A stretch of DNA of 64,000 nucleotides from the human T2T-CHM13v2.0 reference genome, Homo sapiens, in the NCBI RefSeq assembly GCF_009914755.1, contig NC_060928.1. The stretch is one strand, 5' to 3'. Below, piece by piece: positions 1 through 14,579 of this stretch. Position numbers and translations under genes: made by a program. Every line of letters starts with the position of its first letter. The first letter of the stretch is position 1. Under the pieces are notes generated by a model. The model made no database searches and had not been told where the DNA came from. It saw nothing but the letters and a program-made list of their open reading frames with translations.

Positions 1-35
1 TTGGCCTTCTTTTTCTTTTTAAAACCATTTTATAA

Positions 36-153
36 TTTATTTTTTGTAGAGATGGGGTCTTGGTATGTTGCCCAGGTTGGTCTCAAGATCCTGGCCTCAA
101 ATGATCCTCCTAACTCAGCCTCCCAAATTATTAGGACTTCAGGCATGAGCCAT
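36..153 (-). mobile_element. Alu left monomer/FLAM-like fragment
   Basis: TAGAGATGGGGTCT..GTTGCCCAGG..GCCTCCCAAA..AGGCATGAGCC. Confidence 0.8.
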
Positions 154-1531
154 ATTCTAACCATAGTCTAACTTTCTAATTTTTACTATAATCACTAAGT
201 AAACAGATCCAAGCATACTTAATTAGAATAACTGAAATATTATATAATATTCTGTACATAGTAGGTACATAATGCATTAAATAAGTGAAAGAAAATATGA
301 ATATTGTATAACAGGAAAGTCATTGCTGTCCAGGTCATTTAAAATTTAAACATTACTTTTTTGGGGACAGCAGACTTCCTTAAAATGTTATAAAATCCTA
401 TTTAAGGTTTATCAGCTTTATAATATTGATAATTAATAATTGGTCATGGAACCAGGAGAAAGTATTTATATATTTTCTTTTCTGAGAGGAAATTAATACA
501 TTTGTAAACCTTAGATCCTAAACACATCCAGCTCGATGGTACTATTTTCCACTTTGAGATAGTCTTTCCATCAGGCAAATTGAATGTACAAGATACTCTC
601 TTTGGAAAAATAGCCATGATCACTCTTCAACATCGTAAGAAAGAGGATAACTGAAATGGAAGATTAAAGTTGGAAATGAATTTCTGTTTCTTGCCTCTGA
701 GCTCTTTAAAGTTCTTTAAGAACTGCCAACTCAGCACAGGCAGTAGCAAGAACAAAGAAATAGCAAGTTTAAGATTATCTAGGAAGCAGTAGCAATTCGC
801 TTACAAGTAGAAAAAAGGCTCATTATGTTTTTAAGGAAATCTTTCACTTCCTGTATTTATGTTAACAACAACACATATGATTAGGAGCAGAACATGTTTC
901 TGGGGTTAAAAAAAGCATATATTTAGCATTGTATTTGTTAAGGCTTGGCTATAGAAAAATAAAAACAAAACTTAAAGAGAAATACACAAAGTATTTAGAT
1001 GCACACAGACTGGAATCAAATTTATTTACAAATTACAGAATCTCTAGAACTTGTAAAAGTCATTTTCTTGCATGTTCTAATAATTAATTTACAGCCCCAA
1101 AGCACTGCTTCTTTCCAGTCGATTATAAAGGGCTACTAGTTACTGAGTGATATAAATGGAACTGGGTCTACAGATTCTTGAAATGGCTGTGTTACCTAGA
1201 AGGCCTCGCTAAGATGAAGCACAGCTATAAGGAGCATAAAGGAATCACTGATAGGTCAGAATACATAAAAACAGAAGTTTAAATGTAAATGTCAAAAAGC
1301 AAAATTTAGAGGAAAACTGGGAAATCTGCAACAAATATGACAAGCAAAGGAGTAATACCTTATGGTAGAAAAATCCTATACAAATTGATAAGATCTCAAA
1401 GGAAAAATAGGCAAAAGATACGGACAATTTACAAAAATGATTTTAAATGGTTAATAAACATATACAGAGCTCATGCTTACTAATAATCAAAGAAATATAC
1501 ATTAAAAATCAGAAAACATTTTATAAAATCA

Positions 1532-1876
<345 letters not shown>

Positions 1877-2026
1877 CTATTGAGACAAACTTATCCACTA
1901 ATAGTACAATATAAACTTGTATAGTTTTTATGAATATCAAGCTGGTTTTGTGTATCAAGAGCCTTAAAATTCCTACTCTTTGTTTTATTAAGGGGACTCT
2001 ACCACAATAAAATAATGAAGAATCAT

Positions 2027-2380
2027 AGCCGGGCATGGTGACTCATGCCTGCAATCCCAGCGCTTTGAGGGGCCAAGATGGGTGGATCACTTGAGGCCAG
2101 GAGTTTGAGACCACCCACGCCAACATGGAGAAACCCCTTCTCTACTAAAAATACAACAATTAGACAGGCATGGTAGCACATGCTTGTAATCCCAGCTACT
2201 TGGGAGACTGAGGCTTGAATCAGCCTCAGGCTGGGAAGTGCTCAGCCTGATGCTGAGAATCGCTTGAGCCCAGGAGGCAGAGGTTGCAGTGAGCCAAGAT
2301 CACACCATTGCACTCCAGCCTGGGTGACAGAAGGAAACTGTCTCAAAAGAAAAAAATTAAAAAAAAAAAAAAAAAAAAAA
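2027..2380 (+). mobile_element. Alu (AluS-like) with 40-nt internal insertion
   Basis: Dimer, long A tail, TSD GAAGAATCA. Confidence 0.9.
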
Positions 2381-2423
2381 GAAGAATCACATTTCCAGTC
2401 TTATGATAAGAAAACCTGATAAA

Positions 2424-2720
2424 TGCCAGGCACAGTGGCTCACGCCTGTAATCCCAGCACTTTGGGAGGCCGAGGTGGACAGATCACCTGAGATCAGTAG
2501 TTTGAGACCAGCCTGACCAACGTGGCAAAACCCTGTCTCTACTAAAAATACAAAAATTAGCCAGGTGTGGTGGCAGGCACCTATTATCCCAGCTACTCGG
2601 GAGGCTGAGGCAGGAGAATCGCCATGAACCCAGGAGGTTGCAGTGAGCCAAGACGTGCCATTACACTCCAGCCTGGGTGACAGAGCGAGACTCCATCTCT
2701 TAACAATAATTAAAAAAAAG
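2424..2720 (+). mobile_element. Alu (AluS)
   Basis: Dimer; TSD AAAACCTGATAAA. Confidence 0.92.
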
Positions 2721-3143
2721 CAAAAACCTGATAAAGATGAAATATCCAAAAATTACATGATGTTTTATATATGTGATGAATAGATAGCGAATAATAGTTA
2801 TGTTTCTGAATAGTTTTTTAAAGATGAGAGGGAATATTTAAATATAACACTGAATAGAAGAAGCAGAATAAAAACTTGTATTTAGAGTATAAACTCAATC
2901 ATGCACACAGCAATACTCATGCTTTAAAGAACAGAAGGTAATTGATCAAAATGTGAGCAGTGATTTGACACAGTGCTTATGCATACCTTTTTCTTTTCTT
3001 CCTTTAGTTTTCAGTATTTTTTTAAAAAAATTTGCAACCACCAGGGGAAAAACACTCATCTAAAATGTTAAATAATACTGTCCAGATATGAATCATCCCA
3101 ACTTCACTATTAAACTGTAACATGCAAGGAACAAACCACCTAC

Positions 3144-3224
3144 CCCTGCTCCACACTCGTGTTTGGTCGTTGCCCAGATACAGATTCTGAACTGTCCGTT
3201 AGAGATGGCACTACAGCCAAAAAC
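3144..3224 (-). CDS. WDFY3: WDFY3 exon w22 (81 nt): FLAVVPSLTDSSESVSGQRPNTSVEQ
   Basis: ttttcag|G acceptor; GG|gtaggt donor; phase 2-2. Confidence 0.95.
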
Positions 3225-3821
3225 CTGAAAAATTTAAAATAGCGTAAAATTACAAGTGAAGTCTCAGTCAGGATCTAATGGGAAGCCTAAGAAAGGACGA
3301 TTCGTTTAGATTTTCATAGTTGCGTCTACCCTCCCATAACCCACTAAATGGCAGGCAAAAGGAATATATAAATTTTGGACTTCTCTAAAGAGGAAATAAT
3401 TTCTTAGCACTGAAAACAATAGCACCTTTAGAAATTAAAAAAATCAGATAAGTAAAAGTGAATCTCAATCACTTTACTTAGCTCTTCCCATATGTGAAAG
3501 GAGTTTTGGGTTACCAATCAACATCCACAGGCCCTTTATTTGAAGAACCACCCTCATTTCCCAGGTGCTCACGGGTAATATTACTGTACTGCAATGAGAA
3601 GCAATGTTGGATGGTTTAGTTATTCCTCATGGAAATAATCTGAAATATAAAATTTTCTATAATGGAGGGATTGCCAGGATCTGTATCACCCTTCAAAGAA
3701 CAAGAGAATGCCTCTCATCTACATGGTTAGTTCAGAATAGCCTTATTATTCACACATTCAAAAGAATTATCTTTTAAGTACCAGAGATGTGTGTTGTTTT
3801 TCCTTTTTTAAAAAATTTATA

Positions 3822-4398
<577 letters not shown>

Positions 4399-4649
4399 GT
4401 TTTTCACTTAAAAGGTAAATTTTAAATATAGTTTATTAAAGATAAAAATATGCTTAGATTAGATTAACTGCTTTATTTAGCTATACTACTTTTTCAAGGA
4501 TGAAGGTATCCAACATCCCTTCCATGGCCAGAGAAAAGTCCCACATGAATTAAATTTACTCAGTCCTTGCATTCAATAGCAAGAAACTGCATTGGCTTCA
4601 TTTTGGTAAATACAAAGAAAGCTTATTTTGAAACTAAAGTTTTATTTTT

Positions 4650-4975
<326 letters not shown>

Positions 4976-5282
4976 TTATTTTTAAAGCTACAGTTTCATC
5001 ATCCTTTGTATTTAGAGACACAGGACTTAGTGATAAAAGTAGTTTTTGATGATCTCTACTATAAGTTACCAGAAGGAAAAATGGTATGTCACAATAGAAT
5101 TGCACCATTTTAAAAGTCAGAAGAATAATTGTTTCAAGAGGGTGGCAAAAATAATATAAATTATTTTCTTCAAAGATGTTGGCTCATTGATCTAGATTTT
5201 TAAAAACCAGCAAAACTGAGAAAAGATTCCCCCTCCCATATCTTCCCATAATAGTATACAAAGTGTTCCGAATAAACAAGAC

Positions 5283-5368
5283 CTTTGATAGACTTTGTTT
5301 CTGATTCCTTTCTGAAAAGCAAGGAGGTAATTCCGTCCATCTCCAGAGAAAACTTCCACAGCAATAGG
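5283..5368 (-). CDS. WDFY3: WDFY3 exon w21 (86 nt), PH domain: PIAVEVFSGDGRNYLLAFQKGIRNKVYQ
   Basis: tttcag|CCT acceptor; atypical AG|gtcttg donor, required by the frame and by the next exon starting G TTT TTG. Confidence 0.92.
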
Positions 5369-5477
5369 CTGAAATGATCAGAGAGAAAAACATTAAGAAA
5401 AAACAGAAGTTCACAAATAAAATTATATATTAACTTTTCCACTATAAATTTCTACAATGTTCAAGAAGTTAATCTGC

Positions 5478-5833
<356 letters not shown>

Positions 5834-6140
5834 CTACACAATAAATAGATATTTCTTATTCTGCTCAATTTATTTCTAAAGTCTTTAGTAACAGAATAAA
5901 AAAAGTAATTATAATTTTATAATTATAATTTTATAAAATTATAGTAAGGATGTAATTTTTATATTAGAAGAAAACTAAAATGTTGATTTGGATAGCTACA
6001 GGGAAAGATGGATAACAAAGATAATTACCCAAATTTTAGGCTGTGTTTAAACAAGAGAAATGCATTATACAAAATTATGCATCCACATGACCTGAGTCTG
6101 TCTATAACCATATCTAAGGATTATTCTAAATGCAGATCCT

Positions 6141-6442
6141 GGCCAGCCACGGTGGCTCACGCCTGTAATCCCAGCACTTTGGGAGGCCGAGGCAGGCGGA
6201 TCACGAGGTCAGGAGATCAAGACCATCCTGGCTAACATGGTGAAACCCCGTCTCTACTAAAAAACAGAAAAAAATTAGCTGGGCGTGGTGGCAGGCGCCT
6301 CTAGTCCCAGCTATGCAGGAGGCTGAGGCAGGAGAATGGTGTGAACCAGGGAGGTGGAGCATGCAGTGAGCCTAGATCGTGCCACTGCACTCTAGCCTGG
6401 GTGACAGAGCAAGACTCCATCTCAAAAAAAAAAAAAAAAAAA
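6141..6442 (+). mobile_element. AluY
   Basis: AluY diagnostics; TSD AAATGCAGATCCT. Confidence 0.92.
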
Positions 6443-6499
6443 TGCAGATCCTATTGAGGGTTTCCATGGCATGTATCAATTTTAAAATAATACATTTTC

Positions 6500-6863
<364 letters not shown>

Positions 6864-6880
6864 CTACTAAATTGACTCAC

Positions 6881-7001
6881 CTGCAGGAGATATCTCCTTT
6901 TATGAACTTCCTTGATATCTTCATATGCAAAAATGCTGCATGTTCTCTTGAGTTGACTAGGGCCTTGCCTGGCTCCTCTAGGAATAATAGGCTCATGCAT
7001 A
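6881..7001 (-). CDS. WDFY3: WDFY3 exon w20 (121 nt), PH domain: MHEPIIPRG...EDIKEVHKRRYLLQ
   Basis: tgtag|T acceptor; CAG|gtgagt donor; RRYLLQ is a hallmark of BEACH-type PH domains. Confidence 0.96.
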
Positions 7002-7767
7002 CTACAGGCAGCCAAGAGAAAAAGCAAATAAAAACACAGCAAGGGATAAATTCACTGTTCCATAAAGGGCGTGCTAATTTTAAACACATGAACAGGATGG
7101 AGGAGTAATATATATCAGAATTTTCAGTTAAAAAATATATTTACAAGAAGAATTTGTTAGCTACCTGAGATACAAGGAACCCCCTTTGATGAATATAATT
7201 TTAAAAATCCCCTTATTACTGTCAGGACCAAGTTATCTACCAGACATGGTTAGCACAGTGCCTCAGCTCACATATTTTGGGGCCCAAGAAAATGTCTTAA
7301 TTTCTTTTAAAAATCAGAAAAAAAATCAACTTTTAGGTAGAAAAACACATTTTAATATAAGATTATATTTATACCATTAGCCACAACATACAATTTTAAA
7401 TATTTTTGTATGGAAAAAGGACCCACGAAAGACTTCATGTGACCCTGATTGTTGTTGACAGTAATTATTTGAAATATCTCCTAGGAATGAACTACAGAAA
7501 CAATGTCTGTGTTCAAGGGTGCTAGGAAAATGTTAAAGGAAGAGAAGCAGCCTGTTGATCTTCTAAGCCCTAAGCTTCTTAACTTTCTTCTAGGTTGGTC
7601 TGTCTCCTGAGTTTTCCACTACTCACTACCACTTTCATCACAGGACTGGTAGAAGAAAAGGAAGATGCCTACAACTCAGTCAGTAAATCTCTGCTAATGC
7701 TTTAGTCATGCTGTTTCTAGGGTGCTCCGAGTACCTGATGATGCTCTTTCATTTTTAAGAGTATTCT

Positions 7768-8068
<301 letters not shown>

Positions 8069-8406
8069 GAGTATTTTCTCTACAATTGTATATCTGCTAT
8101 ATTTTTTAAAAGGACCATTTATAAATTCAGAATAAATTTGTAAATATATACATTATAATATAAATAACTCAGAATGCACAGAAATAAATGTTATTTAGCT
8201 TTCATCTTGATAAATAAGCCAAACATTTTCATTATTACCTTAAAATAACTGAATATCATCTTTGTGAATATGTAATGATGAATGCACACAAACCGAGAGA
8301 TAACATTACCTAGAACACAATTTTTTGATTAAAAAAGAAAACTGCAAATACATTTTCTGTCTTCTAAAGATAGCCATACATTATGTCTCTTCATTCATTT
8401 ACTTAC

Positions 8407-8555
8407 TTTGGAGGTAAGGTTTCAATATCTCTTATTTCCCTGGTTGCTGTCATGGTAAATCCATCAATCACATAAAAATGCTCTTTACCAAAAAGAAGGA
8501 GCCCCTCACTGGTATCTAGGCCCTGGACTCGAGCACAGCGGTACATGTGTTGGAT
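8407..8555 (-). CDS. WDFY3: WDFY3 exon w19 (149 nt), start of BEACH-associated PH domain: IQHMYRCARVQGLDTSEGLLLFGKEHFYVIDG...ETLPP
   Basis: tatag|ATC acceptor; AA|gtaagt donor. Confidence 0.96.
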
Positions 8556-10418
8556 CTATAAAGAAGCCCACAAACATTCATTAATATAGGCTTTTTGTAA
8601 AGATCAATTTTTGTTAGACTACTACGGCATCCCTAGAGCTAAGCATATTAAATCAGAGTTTAAGCATATTGAGAAGATTAAGCTTAGATTACAGTCTGAT
8701 TTACATCTGACTAGAGTAAAACTAAACAATTCACTCATACCCATCCACTCATCTGCCAATCCCATCTCTCTCAATATTCCGGGTGTACTTTATGTAGGCC
8801 AGGCAAACATGCGCTAGCTTCTAAAAGTCAAGAACATTAGATAAGGCTCCTGCTCTCATGAAGGGAGACAGACACAGCAAACTTGGCAGGAAAGGGAATT
8901 GAGGCATACATGTAAGGAGATTAGAATAGGATTGTGTTCTATGTGAGGCAAGATGATACAGAGTGAAAATTGCAGGGCCTGCTAACTCAGGGTAAATTTC
9001 CAGTTCTGCCACTTTGTAGACTGGGTCAAGTTTCTTAATTTCTCTGAGCCTCCATGTCTTTTTTTGTAAGTTTCTAATTGGCTTGTTGTGAAAAATAAGT
9101 GAGATAATGTACATAATCAGGTTAGGAATTATTGGTTGCTTTCTGTTCCACACAGTTTACCTTCTTTTTCCATCATACCCCCTGGAAATGGAACTGTAGA
9201 ATTTGTTTCTATTCATTCCCCACCTGGATTCTGCTCCCTGGAGACTACTGTACTATTGCAAAAAGCCAAGCTTGGCAGAAGTTGTATTTTCCTCATAGGA
9301 AGGAGCATTGCTAAATCTCTCAAAGTAAGTATTGTTTTCTCCCAAAGGGCAGTATCTAATTCTTTCTAAAAACTCTTTCTTGCTTAAACTTAGTTCAACA
9401 TGAGTCAAGACAAAAATCAGCAATTAAATCAGAGTCAAACACATGTCAGTTTGAATACACTTCCTGCACTATTAAAGCAACCAGAGCAAAAACTGTACTC
9501 ATGAGATTAAAAGTTTTAAAAATGAAAGCATTGTAATAGGTTTTCTAAAATATCTAAATATAAGTCAATTTTCATTGCTACATTTGATCAATCCTGATGT
9601 ACTTTAAAAGTTTCTCTATTGCAGTATATTTTATGCATATACATACATACATACATATATTATATATAAACACATACATATACACACACACACAAAATGT
9701 TTATTTCCTAAGTGTATGGCTGGATGAATTTTCAAATGCTAAAAATTTTGTGTGACCAGCATCCAGACCAAGAAACAGAATGCTCCCCAGTTCCTAGAAG
9801 CCTCTCTTGTGCTTCCTTCATACCTGGTGTACTTTTATAGTTACATGATCTTTTCTAATGTATTGTCATTCAATATTAATTAGGGCATACATTTGAACGG
9901 AACTGTTTTGATTATACTCAAATTTCTAGTGACTACTTCTTAGAGGGTAAGAACTCAAAGGTTATACCAAGATCTAATATAATAGGCAAAAGAACATCCT
10001 TTAAAAAGGTGATATTCATGACACATTCAAGTCATTCATTCCCTTGTTTATTAAACCAATCATTCCTTCATTCAAAGGTTTACTGGTTGTCTATTATGCA
10101 ACTGGACCTGTGTAAGGCAATGAGATAGAGATAAGACACAGTTTGCCTATAAGGAGCTCGACATCTAGGACGAGAAAGAAAGATACTGGAACAAGTAATT
10201 ATGACATGATAATACAGAGTGATATATATAAGGCATCATGAAAGTATAGAGGAAGGGTATGCAACCAAGCCTGAGTAGCAAAAGAGTCAAAAAAAGCTTC
10301 CTATGTTTGAATATTACAAACATCCAGATAAATGGGATTATAACACACAGGATTTATTAGGATAAAGGTTATGCAAGTAAAAGGAAGGGGGCATTTTGGC
10401 AGAAAAAAACAATATGAG

Positions 10419-10792
10419 TGACACGGTTTGCATATGTGTCCCCTCCACATCTCATGTTGAAATGTGATCCCCATTGTTGGAGGTGCGGCCTTATGGGAGG
10501 TGTCTGGGTCATGGGGGTGGGCCCTTCATGAATGGCTTGGTGTTGTCCTGGCGGTAATGAGTCCTTACTCTATCAGTTCACACAAGAGCTCCTTTTCTCA
10601 CTATGTGACAAGCCTATTCCCCCTTCATCTTTTGCCATGAGTTAAAGCTTTCTAAGGCCTCATCAGAAGCCGAGCAGATGCTGGTGCCATGCTTGTACAG
10701 CTTGTAGAAGCGTTGAGCCAAACAAACCTGTTTCTTTATAAATTATCCAGCCTCAAGTATTCCTTTATAGCAATGCAACATGGACAACCACA
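10419..10792 (+). mobile_element. MST-family (ERVL-MaLR) solo LTR, apparently inserted in an L2 remnant
   Basis: TG...CA ends; 5-bp TSD ATGAG on both sides; ATCTCATGTTGAAATGTGATCCCC and CAGCCTCAAGTATTCCTTTATAGCAA motifs. Confidence 0.88.
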
Positions 10793-11393
10793 ATGAGTAA
10801 AGTGCAGAGTGGAAAAAAAAACACAACATGGTGGGTGTAATGAACTCCAAGGTGTACCAGGCTGCAGGGGCTCAGGCTACAAGACAGAGTCAGTGGAATG
10901 AGACCAGAGAGGTCAGCAGGGTATTGGAGGTTGAGCAAGAAATAGGAAGGTGATGTCTTCTGTGAGTGAAGGAGAGCAGGGGCTAAATAATCCAAGGCTG
11001 GAGGTGACAGTCCAGATTGGCTGAAGCCGCTTGTAGGTTATTACTGGAATTATGGAGATGTAGAAAAAAATACAAGGCCAGATTACTGAATAGGCTGTCT
11101 ACATGGATTTGAAATAGAGAATTATGGCAAGATCTGTGGTATAGAGGAAGAAAGAATTAGATGCCAGTTGTTAACACTGTATCTGATAAAATCTTATGCT
11201 GTTTAATGTTTCAGGGTATGAGAAAACCCTTACAGATGAGAAAAGTAGAGTACTGAACCCAAAAGGCTGCTTAAGCTGTATTTTATTACCGAGGCTAATG
11301 CATTTACTTTCCACAGCTACCCTATCAACTCATCTTGTCTTAATAATATGTTACTGAAGTATTTACAATCCTTACTTTTCAGAAGCACAATAC

Positions 11394-11557
11394 CTTTTCT
11401 CCTTCCTCTAACAGGCGCAGTAAGGTAGCATTATCTGTTTTCTCCTCCTCTTCTATGGAGCTGCCCTCAGCAATCTGGTCTTGTAGCTGCTCCTGGTTCT
11501 CCTCATCTCCTCCATCAGGTGCAGATCGGGAGCGTTTTAGAGGAGGCTTGACCAAAC
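11394..11557 (-). CDS. WDFY3: WDFY3 exon w18 (164 nt): LVKPPLKRSRSAP...LLEEGEK
   Basis: Within ORF 11379..11591; tgtag|GT acceptor; AAG|gtattg donor. Confidence 0.96.
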
Positions 11558-11820
11558 CTACAGTATAATAACCAAGAGGGCCATGTGGCATTGTAAGGAC
11601 CTTGTGGGGAAGCAGTTTAGTCTCATGTAGTTCCTTCTATAGATTTCCAATTTGAGACAATTTTGGAAGGTATAGGGAGGTAGCACATTCAGTGGTTAAG
11701 AACATAGTCCTCTGGAGTTAATGACCTTGGAAAATTATTCAACTTTCTGAACCTTAGTTTCTTATCTATAAAACTGGGACAAGAGCCAGGTGTGGGCAAC
11801 ACAGCAAGATTCTGTCTTAA

Positions 11821-11848
11821 AACAACAACAACAACAACAACAACAAAA
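11821..11848. repeat. (AAC)n microsatellite at the tail of a short Alu remnant inside a MIR-like element
   Basis: AACAACAACAACAACAACAACAAC. Confidence 0.9.
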
Positions 11849-12090
11849 AACATGGTACAAGTACACTATCTTAGAGGATTGTTGGAGGACTAAATTAGGT
11901 AACTCATGTAAAGTGCTTAGCATTATGCTTAATGCATAATAAATTCTCAATAGTGTCAGGTAATGATGATAACAGAAAGCTATAATAGTAAGAATGGTAT
12001 AGCTTAGGTAGGTGTCATTAAGGGGACACCATGAATAAATAATCAATGATTGTCACAAAAATAAAGACAGCAAATTATAAACATGATTAC

Positions 12091-12433
<343 letters not shown>

Positions 12434-14410
12434 CTATTTCATGCCTCATTTCACAAGTGGCAGTATGGCTTTTCATACATGAATTAATTTGATCAAAATA
12501 CCAGGTCAGAAAGAACAGAATTCTTTATAATACAAGGACATATAATGTAATTTGCAGATTAAGGAAACATTTTACTACCTACATTTTGACAACTTTTTAA
12601 TAATCACAGTACGATAATTTAAAATCAGTTGACAGTAACCAGTGAGGACCCAAAGTATGAGAAGTCCTTAAAATGCATGCCAAATCACACATTTTGATTA
12701 AATTAATATTCTTTGTGCCATCCAAAGTAACACTATACCTGCCTGTTACAGTTGCTCTAAGCACTTTGGAAAAGCACAAGTCAGCCTGAGTCTTATCCTT
12801 TGAATATTACTTATCAGAGGTTCTGCTTTGCCTTGAGAAGAGCCTTGTTTTCATATTTGAACAAGTGTAATAAGTAAGCAAGAGAGATCAAATCCTGCAG
12901 AGAACATCCACAAGGGGTGGAAAGCTTACAGCTGCTTTATTTTTAGCTTAATGAATCAAAACCTCCATTTCTATGTCTAGCATAATACCCTGTATATTTG
13001 CGCTTTTAGCTCAATTAGAGATTAGGAAAATCAGGCCAGAGAAGTTAAAAGCCAATGACCTAAACACAAATAATCTATCAAACTCTGTGAATTATACCTT
13101 GGCTTGTATCCAGCAACAGCTTTGGACCCAATTCAATAACTATGCTGGTGCAATGTCAACAAAATTAGAAGGCTTTAATCTCTGTTCAACTACGAACAGT
13201 TTCAGTGATTTCATGAAAATGTTGGATCAATTATAAAATGTTTAGTAAGTCATAGTCATCACATGAGAGAACAGGTATGTCATAACAACAGGAGAAACTG
13301 ATCACAATCTCAATAGTGTTTTTTGTTGACACAGTCATATACTATCAGTTTTTAAAACAATCTGAAACTCATTTTTAATTTATTAACTCATTAAAACTTA
13401 TTTTTAATTTATTAGTTTTTAATTTTAAAACTAACTTTTACTTAAAATCTTAATTTACACTTTAGGGCTTTATAGACTATGCAAAGACTTTTGAATTTGT
13501 GGTGAATCAGAGGCTTACAAAGATTAAAACAATGGATTGATTTACTTACTCAGTTGAACTGATTGAATCCTCATTCTGTGCTAGTCATGTGTCAAAATTT
13601 ATAAAGTGAGAAAAAAAATCTGTCTTTGAGAAAAACTCATAAATTAGAAAGTGGAAACATACAGCAGTGAAAAAATCACTGAAACTGCTATAACAGACAT
13701 GAGCGAAGTATTATCAGTGAACAGAGGAGTTGGAGAAGACTTTAGAGAAGGATGATTTTATATATGACCAGTGAGTTTAAGACTGAGTAGGATGTGTTAA
13801 GGTAGGGATAATGGAGAAGCTGTAGAAAAGAAGAAACCATTTCAGGCTCAAGGCACCACATGTAAAAGTACAGAATCCGAAAGTCTATGGACATTGTAGT
13901 CCAATTCATCATCTACTCAGCTCCTAAAGTTTAGATCTGGGATAATCTCTCTCAACTCATAGGAAGAAAGACCATTATTCCTTACTATTGGCTAATATGC
14001 ACTAATGACAGGTTTAGTTTTAATTTCATAAATATTTATTTAGTTATTAAGCCCTTAAAATATCAAGTGCCAAGGCACATGTTCTCAATACCTCCTGATG
14101 CTGTGTCATGAAAAAATACATATGTGTATTAAAAAAACTAAATATCAAGTGCCACTGAGAATTCTGAGAAATACAATTAAAAAACCATTAAGCCAATGGG
14201 CACGTGATATTCATTTGTAGGCAATAAACAAGAGCAAGTCTTTTTAGTTCTGACAAAGAAATCAATCTTTAAGAAGGGTGAGATGGTAAAATGTGTATGG
14301 ATATTTTTAAAGTTGGCCCTACTATTTATAGTTGCTCAAATTTTTGTATGAATTCAAATACAAGAATGTTCCAAAATCACTTTTAATCAAAATCAAAAAG
14401 GCAGGCTGAC

Positions 14411-14579
14411 CTTTGACTTTAGCAATAGTGTCTTCCCCATGCTCTGGTTCTTGCTGAGCAGCTTCACCTTCTGAACTCTCCACAATGGCGTCTTGGACAA
14501 TGGCGGGATTGCCAGAGGCCAGTCGCATGTAGTACTCTTTACTGTCATAACTTACGGCTCTTCTATATCGAGCAGGTTT
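14411..14579 (-). CDS. WDFY3: WDFY3 exon w17 (169 nt): KPARYRRAVSYDSKEY...DTIAKVK
   Basis: Overlaps ORF 14322..14528; cttag|AAA acceptor; G|gtcagc donor. Confidence 0.96.

Noticed and set aside
510-650. Possible cryptic exon on minus after a good acceptor (TCTTCCATTTCAG at 651), with a stop in the incoming frame
   Set aside because: Only weak donors nearby (AAG|GTTTAC); the expected next WDFY3 exon (SGLLSTLVGEK..) was not found in 1-3143 and presumably lies outside the window
5907-5943. 20-bp perfect palindrome TATAATTTTATAAAATTATA in an AT repeat
   Set aside because: Pure A/T low complexity; expected from slippage
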